Of a DNA stretch of 32,000 nt, positions 27,395 to 32,000 are shown in pieces. Below the pieces are notes generated by a model that was not told where the DNA came from, ran no database searches, and worked only from the letters and a program-made list of their open reading frames with translations. Every line of letters starts with the position of its first letter. The stretch's first letter is position 1. A program made the translations under genes and the position numbers. Source of the stretch: Pseudoalteromonas translucida KMM 520 (GTDB lineage Bacteria; Pseudomonadota; Gammaproteobacteria; Enterobacterales; Alteromonadaceae); assembly GCF_001465295.1 (NCBI RefSeq), contig NZ_CP011034.1:1830001-1862000 (forward strand). Reading direction: 5' to 3'.

Positions 27395-27838
27395 ATGACT
27401 GATCATAATTTGGAATTAAAAAAAGCCGGTTTAAAGGTTACTTTACCGCGAATTAAGATTTTAGAGATTTTACAATCACCTGATAACCAGCATATTAGTG
27501 CTGAGGATGTTTATAAAATTCTTCTAGATTTGGGTGAAGAAATCGGTCTTGCAACTGTATATCGCGTACTTAATCAATTTGATGACGCTGGTATTGTTAC
27601 TCGCCACCATTTTGAAGGTGGTAAATCAGTATTTGAACTTGCAACCAGCACTCACCATGACCATTTAGTATGTTTAAAATGTGGTAAAGTGGTTGAGTTT
27701 GAAGATGATGTTATTGAACGTCGCCAACTTGAAGTTGCTGAAAGAAATGGTATTAAGTTAACCAATCATTCTTTATATTTGTATGGCGAATGCGAAGACA
27801 AAGAAGCGTGCAAAAATTTTGCTAATAATATAAGTTAA
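27395..27838 (+). CDS. fur: Ferric uptake regulator Fur
   Basis: LKKAGLKVTLPRIKILEIL...ISAEDVYK.L...GLATVYRVLNQFDDAGIV.RH.FEGGKSVFEL...HHDHLVCL.CGKV.EF is canonical Fur. Confidence 0.96.
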   Translation: MTDHNLELKKAGLKVTLPRIKILEILQSPDNQHISAEDVYKILLDLGEEIGLATVYRVLNQFDDAGIVTRHHFEGGKSVFELATSTHHDHLVCLKCGKVVEFEDDVIERRQLEVAERNGIKLTNHSLYLYGECEDKEACKNFANNIS

Positions 27839-27853
27839 GCTTTTATTATAAAC

Positions 27854-27883
27854 AAAAAAAACCTGCTTAATGCAGGTTTTTTT
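27854..27883. terminator. Bidirectional terminator shared by fur and glnS
   Basis: aaaaaaaacctgc-ttaat-gcaggttttttt. Confidence 0.8.
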
Positions 27884-27955
27884 GTCAGTAAAATTCCCCG
27901 TACTCATTACTAACACTCCCTAGAGCAATAATAATGAGTATAGGAGTGTTAACCT

Positions 27956-29614
27956 TTACTGGGTTTTTGACCATGAGTCGCGCAGACCCACTGTTTGATT
28001 AAATACTATGTTTTTCGCTTTAGAATCTCGCGAAAAATAGCCAGTACGTTCAAACTGAAAACCTTGCTCGGCTGCTGAATTAGCCAACGACGGCTCTAAC
28101 TTAGCATTAGTTAAAATAACTAATGAGTCAGGATTTAAGGTGCTTTCAAACTCATCGGCTGCTGCTGGGTTTGGTACGCTAAATAAGCGGTCATACAAAC
28201 GTACTTCTGCTGTAATCGCTTCACTTGCCGATACCCAATGAATAACCCCTTTAACTTTACGACCATCACTTGGATTTTTACCTAGTGTTTCTGGATCAAA
28301 AGTACAGTAAATAGTGGTAATTTCACCGTTTTCGTCTTTTTCAACACGCTGTGCTTTAATAACATAAGCGCCACGTAAGCGTACTTCTTTATCAAGCACT
28401 AAACGTTTGAACTTGTTATTAGCTTCTTCTTTAAAGTCTTCACGTTCAATATAAATTTCACGTGTAAATGGTACATCACGACGACCCATTTCTTCTTTAT
28501 TTGGGTGATTAGCCACAGATAAGGTTTCTACTTTATCAGCATCGTAGTTTTCAATAACGATTTTAACGGGATCAAGTACCGCCATTGCACGTGGTGCATT
28601 TTCGTTAAGATCTTCACGAATACAGGCTTCAAGCATGCCCATTTCAACCATGTTTTCTTGTTTGGTTACACCAATACGTAAACAGAACTCACGAATTGAG
28701 GCTGGGGTATAACCACGACGACGTAAACCTGCAATCGTAGGCATACGTGGATCATCCCACCCTTCTACATGATTATTCACTACTAAGTCACTGAGCTTGC
28801 GCTTAGACATAATAGTGTACTCTAGGTTTAAGCGTGAAAACTCAATTTGCTGTGGGTGACACTCAAGGCTGATGTTATCAAGTACCCAGTCGTATAAACG
28901 ACGGTTATCTTGAAACTCCAGTGTACACAATGAATGCGTAATGCCTTCTAGTGCATCAGAAATACAGTGAGTAAAGTCGTACATTGGGTAAATGCACCAC
29001 TTATCTGCAGTTTGATGATGATGAGCAAAGCGTACACGATAAATAATAGGATCGCGAAGCACCATAAATGAGCTTGCCATATCAATTTTAGCGCGCAGTA
29101 CACATTCGCCTTCTTTAAACTCACCATTACGCATTTTTTCAAATAACGCGAGGTTCTCATCACTCGGTGTATCGCGGTATGGGCTGTTTTTACCTGGCTC
29201 TTTTAATGTGCCACGGTATTCACGGGCTTGATCTGCCGTTAAAAAGCACACATACGCTAAGCCTTTGTTTATTAGCTCAACTGCATAATCGTATAATACA
29301 TCGAAATAATTAGACGAATATTTAATTTCGCCATCCCAATTAAAGCCTAACCACTGCACGTCTTCTTTAATTGAATTAACGTAGTTAATATCTTCTTTTT
29401 CTGGGTTTGTATCGTCAAAGCGTAAGTTACATAAACCGTTATAGTCTTTTGCGATGCCAAAATTTAAACAAATTGATTTTGCATGGCCAATGTGTAAAAA
29501 ACCATTTGGTTCAGGTGGAAAACGAGTATGCGTAGACGCATGCTTTCCACTTGCTAAATCTTGGTCAATGCGGGTTCTAATAAAATTACTTGGGCGATTC
29601 TCGATTTCCGCCAT
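27956..29614 (-). CDS. glnS: Glutaminyl-tRNA synthetase
   Basis: 552 aa. It has the HIGH motif ([16 protein letters not shown]) and the KMSKS variant (IMSKRKL), plus a GlnRS-type C-terminal anticodon-binding domain. Confidence 0.95.
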   Translation of the reverse strand: MAEIENRPSNFIRTRIDQDLASGKHASTHTRFPPEPNGFLHIGHAKSICLNFGIAKDYNGLCNLRFDDTNPEKEDINYVNSIKEDVQWLGFNWDGEIKYSSNYFDVLYDYAVELINKGLAYVCFLTADQAREYRGTLKEPGKNSPYRDTPSDENLALFEKMRNGEFKEGECVLRAKIDMASSFMVLRDPIIYRVRFAHHHQTADKWCIYPMYDFTHCISDALEGITHSLCTLEFQDNRRLYDWVLDNISLECHPQQIEFSRLNLEYTIMSKRKLSDLVVNNHVEGWDDPRMPTIAGLRRRGYTPASIREFCLRIGVTKQENMVEMGMLEACIREDLNENAPRAMAVLDPVKIVIENYDADKVETLSVANHPNKEEMGRRDVPFTREIYIEREDFKEEANNKFKRLVLDKEVRLRGAYVIKAQRVEKDENGEITTIYCTFDPETLGKNPSDGRKVKGVIHWVSASEAITAEVRLYDRLFSVPNPAAADEFESTLNPDSLVILTNAKLEPSLANSAAEQGFQFERTGYFSRDSKAKNIVFNQTVGLRDSWSKTQ

Positions 29615-29827
29615 AGGAGTATGATCCTCAAAATAGTGCGTGATAACAAAACTACTGCATTATTACAAAAACATACACTAACATACAGCAATAGATTAAG
29701 GTTTATTTTAGATCTTGGTTAACTTTAATTCAGTAACCAGTCAGTTAATGAATAAACTTTGTTTTAGCGCAATAATAGCGTCATCAAAGGCCATTATAGT
29801 AAGCAAATAACCCGACTTAAAGGAACC

Positions 29828-30901
29828 ATGATAGCTATACAAAATCAACACCGTGTTTATATTCCAACTAATGCCCGTACCAATCACTACCTTTTAGCTG
29901 AAATAACCCCTACCACTGATTTTTATCAAAGTTTTAGTAATATTAACTGTTGTTACGAGCGTATTGCACGTGAGCTTTTTTCTTGCTGTGATGAGCTTGG
30001 CTTACACAATGTGCATTTATTAGCGAACGACAAACTGCCTGTAGTACGCTTTAACGATGAGTCGTATCAGCTTGAAACGAATAAACAAATGTTGTTTTTT
30101 TATAACCCTCGCTACCACGAAGCACATAAAGCGTACTACACTGAAAATATAGCCAGTAAAAAAATCAGGCTGTTATTTTTAGCAACCGGTGACGATCTGC
30201 GTGCAAACTCAGCACTGTTTCATAGCAAAGTACAAAAGGTATTAAATAATTTACAACAGCAGTTATTTTTAGAACAACCACTGTTTAAACTGCGCGATCA
30301 TCAACATTTAACCTATGACTTATTTGCTAAAGATAAAGGCAATAAACAAACCTACGGTTATAAACTACGTAGCCTCTACCCTCGCTACCAGTCAAGGCAG
30401 TGTAATATTCCCAGTGAGCATGCCCAAATGAGTTATGCAACATTTACTATTCCAGTGTCACGAGCGATTAAAACGCAATTTCAAACACAAATAAACAATC
30501 GTGATTTTAAGCAATTTTATACATACTTTGCCGATTTATTTACGCAAATTTGTAATACCAATAAGTTAACCCACGGGGCTATGGTGGCTAATGGCGCTAT
30601 ACCTATTATTCGTAATAGCAGCGTTGATAAAAATGACGGTAATCAAGAATTACAAAAGTTAAGCTTTGATATAGAGACTGATCAAGTTCAAATTAAAGCG
30701 CTATTTGATGAAGATAAATTAGTAGAAACCCTGCATTTTGTGGTGGTAGCTGCGCAGCATAATAATAATGAAATGGGTTATGGACGTTTTATGAATCAAG
30801 TAGAGAAAACGATTCATACTTTGTGCGATGAGTTAGCTATAAATAAACAACGCCAAGATTTATCAGTGCGGTTTTATCAACATATAAGCTATCTATACTA
30901 A
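29828..30901 (+). CDS. Hypothetical protein, no family recognised
   Basis: A 357-aa ORF with an AAGGAA Shine-Dalgarno 6 nt upstream and a strong terminator downstream. It has no TM segment or signal peptide. The composition is rich in N/Q/K/F/Y. The two halves appear homologous (see findings). Confidence 0.6.
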   Translation: MIAIQNQHRVYIPTNARTNHYLLAEITPTTDFYQSFSNINCCYERIARELFSCCDELGLHNVHLLANDKLPVVRFNDESYQLETNKQMLFFYNPRYHEAHKAYYTENIASKKIRLLFLATGDDLRANSALFHSKVQKVLNNLQQQLFLEQPLFKLRDHQHLTYDLFAKDKGNKQTYGYKLRSLYPRYQSRQCNIPSEHAQMSYATFTIPVSRAIKTQFQTQINNRDFKQFYTYFADLFTQICNTNKLTHGAMVANGAIPIIRNSSVDKNDGNQELQKLSFDIETDQVQIKALFDEDKLVETLHFVVVAAQHNNNEMGYGRFMNQVEKTIHTLCDELAINKQRQDLSVRFYQHISYLY

Positions 30902-30932
30902 GTGTAAAAGTAAAAATAAAAGTGCAGATAAC

Positions 30933-30961
30933 AAAAAGGCTCGCAATAGCGAGCCTTTTTT
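30933..30961. terminator. Bidirectional terminator between the hypothetical ORF and sucD
   Basis: aaaaaggctcgc-aata-gcgagcctttttt. Confidence 0.8.
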
Positions 30962-30976
30962 AGAGTAAAAAAGCGA

Positions 30977-31849
30977 TTACCAGCCTGTTTTCTCTTTAAG
31001 TGCTTTACCGATATCAGCAAGTGAACGTACAGTTTTTACGCCCGCAGCTTCTAATGCAGCAAATTTCTCATCAGCAGTACCTTTACCACCGGCAATGATT
31101 GCGCCAGCGTGACCCATACGCTTACCTTCTGGTGCAGTAACACCAGCAATGTAAGATACTACAGGTTTAGTAACGTGTGCTTTGATGTACTCTGCAGCTT
31201 CTTCTTCTGCAGTACCACCAATTTCACCGATCATTACGATCGCTTCAGTTTGTGGATCTTTTTCGAACATTTCTAAAACGTCGATAAAGTTAGTACCTGG
31301 AATTGGGTCGCCACCAATACCAACACATGTAGACTGACCAAAACCAGCATCAGTAGTTTGCTTAACTGCTTCGTACGTTAATGTACCAGAGCGAGAAACA
31401 ATACCTACTTTACCAGGTTTGTGGATATGGCCAGGCATAATACCAATCTTAGTCTCACCAGGAGTAATAACACCTGGGCAGTTAGGACCGATCATACGTG
31501 TACCTGTTTGATCTAGTTTGATTTTAACATCAACCATATCAAGTGTAGGAATACCTTCAGTGATACAAACAATTAGCTCGATGCCAGCATCGATTGCTTC
31601 TAAGATTGCATCTTTACAAAAAGGTGCCGGTACATAGATAACAGACGCAGTTGCGCCAGTTTCTTGTACTGCTTCACGTACTGTATTGAATACAGGAAGA
31701 CCAAGGTGCGTTTGACCGCCTTTACCTGGGCTTACGCCACCAACCATTTGTGTACCGTACTCAAGCGCTTGCTCTGAGTGGAAAGTACCTTGGCCACCGG
31801 TGAAACCTTGACAGATAACTTTTGTATCTTTATTGATTAATACAGACAT
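30977..31849 (-). CDS. sucD: Succinyl-CoA synthetase alpha subunit
   Basis: 290 aa. [30 protein letters not shown] is followed by the active-site region SRSGTLTYE and MGHAGAI. Confidence 0.96.
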   Translation of the reverse strand: MSVLINKDTKVICQGFTGGQGTFHSEQALEYGTQMVGGVSPGKGGQTHLGLPVFNTVREAVQETGATASVIYVPAPFCKDAILEAIDAGIELIVCITEGIPTLDMVDVKIKLDQTGTRMIGPNCPGVITPGETKIGIMPGHIHKPGKVGIVSRSGTLTYEAVKQTTDAGFGQSTCVGIGGDPIPGTNFIDVLEMFEKDPQTEAIVMIGEIGGTAEEEAAEYIKAHVTKPVVSYIAGVTAPEGKRMGHAGAIIAGGKGTADEKFAALEAAGVKTVRSLADIGKALKEKTGW

Positions 31850-32000
31850 TATTTGCCCTCCGCAGCAGCAACTACTTTTTCAGCAGCGTCTGTTAGTGAT
31901 TCAGCAGCGATGATGTCTAGACCAGAGTTTTTAAGAACTTCACGGCCTAGTTCAGCGTTAGTACCTTCTAAACGTACAACTACTGGTACGTTTACGCCTA
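31849..32000 (-). CDS. sucC: Succinyl-CoA synthetase beta subunit, C-terminal end (5' part outside the window)
   Basis: The minus-strand frame ends ...AAAEGK-TAA, and its stop overlaps the sucD ATG as TAATG. The sequence and arrangement match sucCD. Confidence 0.85.
   Translation of the reverse strand, partial: GVNVPVVVRLEGTNAELGREVLKNSGLDIIAAESLTDAAEKVVAAAEGK

Noticed and set aside
27363-27395. A uof-like upstream ORF translationally coupled to fur, as in E. coli. A TAA overlaps the fur ATG as TAATG.
   Set aside because: The frame ending at that TAA is open only back to 27366 and contains no ATG. The only start is a TTG four codons before the stop, so there is no credible upstream ORF.
1-32000. 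Mobile elements, prophage, a genomic island, CRISPR arrays or defence systems anywhere in the window.
   Set aside because: There are no transposase, integrase or recombinase ORFs, no tRNA attachment sites, no long terminal inverted or direct repeats, no spaced repeat arrays and no nuclease, ATPase or methyltransferase clusters. Composition looks uniform by eye apart from slightly AT-richer hypothetical and kinase genes.

Overview
This window looks like ordinary core chromosome of a roughly 40% GC marine gammaproteobacterium. Gene content and order suggest Pseudoalteromonas or another Alteromonadales member, but that is inference and no search was run. Nearly all of it is housekeeping or catabolic coding sequence:
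- asnS 3' end
- etfBA divergent from ETF-ubiquinone oxidoreductase, then a YciA-like thioesterase and a small outer-membrane beta-barrel protein
- trmO-proS
- an orphan hybrid histidine kinase
- a translationally coupled DUF3025-natA-natB operon
- an M28 lipoprotein peptidase and a PGCG-motif metal-transporter-like permease
- the branched-chain keto-acid dehydrogenase operon (E1alpha, E1beta, E2), then astE
- the E. coli-like block seqA-pgm / ybfF / (DUF2788)-ybfE-fldA-fur / glnS
- one unrecognised 357-aa ORF
- sucD and the 3' end of sucC

I see no tRNA or rRNA genes, CRISPR arrays, transposases, integrases, phage genes or recognisable defence genes, and no convincing novel multi-gene system.

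The observations most worth a second look are:
1. An ACGT-N2-ACGT palindromic operator family shared by the bkd promoter and the etfBA/etfD divergent promoter.
2. A 39-bp perfect palindrome with a Fur-family-box core that overlaps the likely promoter of the metal-transporter-like gene.
3. The unrecognised, internally duplicated 357-aa ORF between glnS and the end of the suc operon.
4. The DUF3025-ABC transporter coupling.
5. A BCKDH E2 with two lipoyl domains.
6. A strong orphan terminator that could mark a small RNA.

All functional calls come from recognising protein motifs by eye. No database search was possible.
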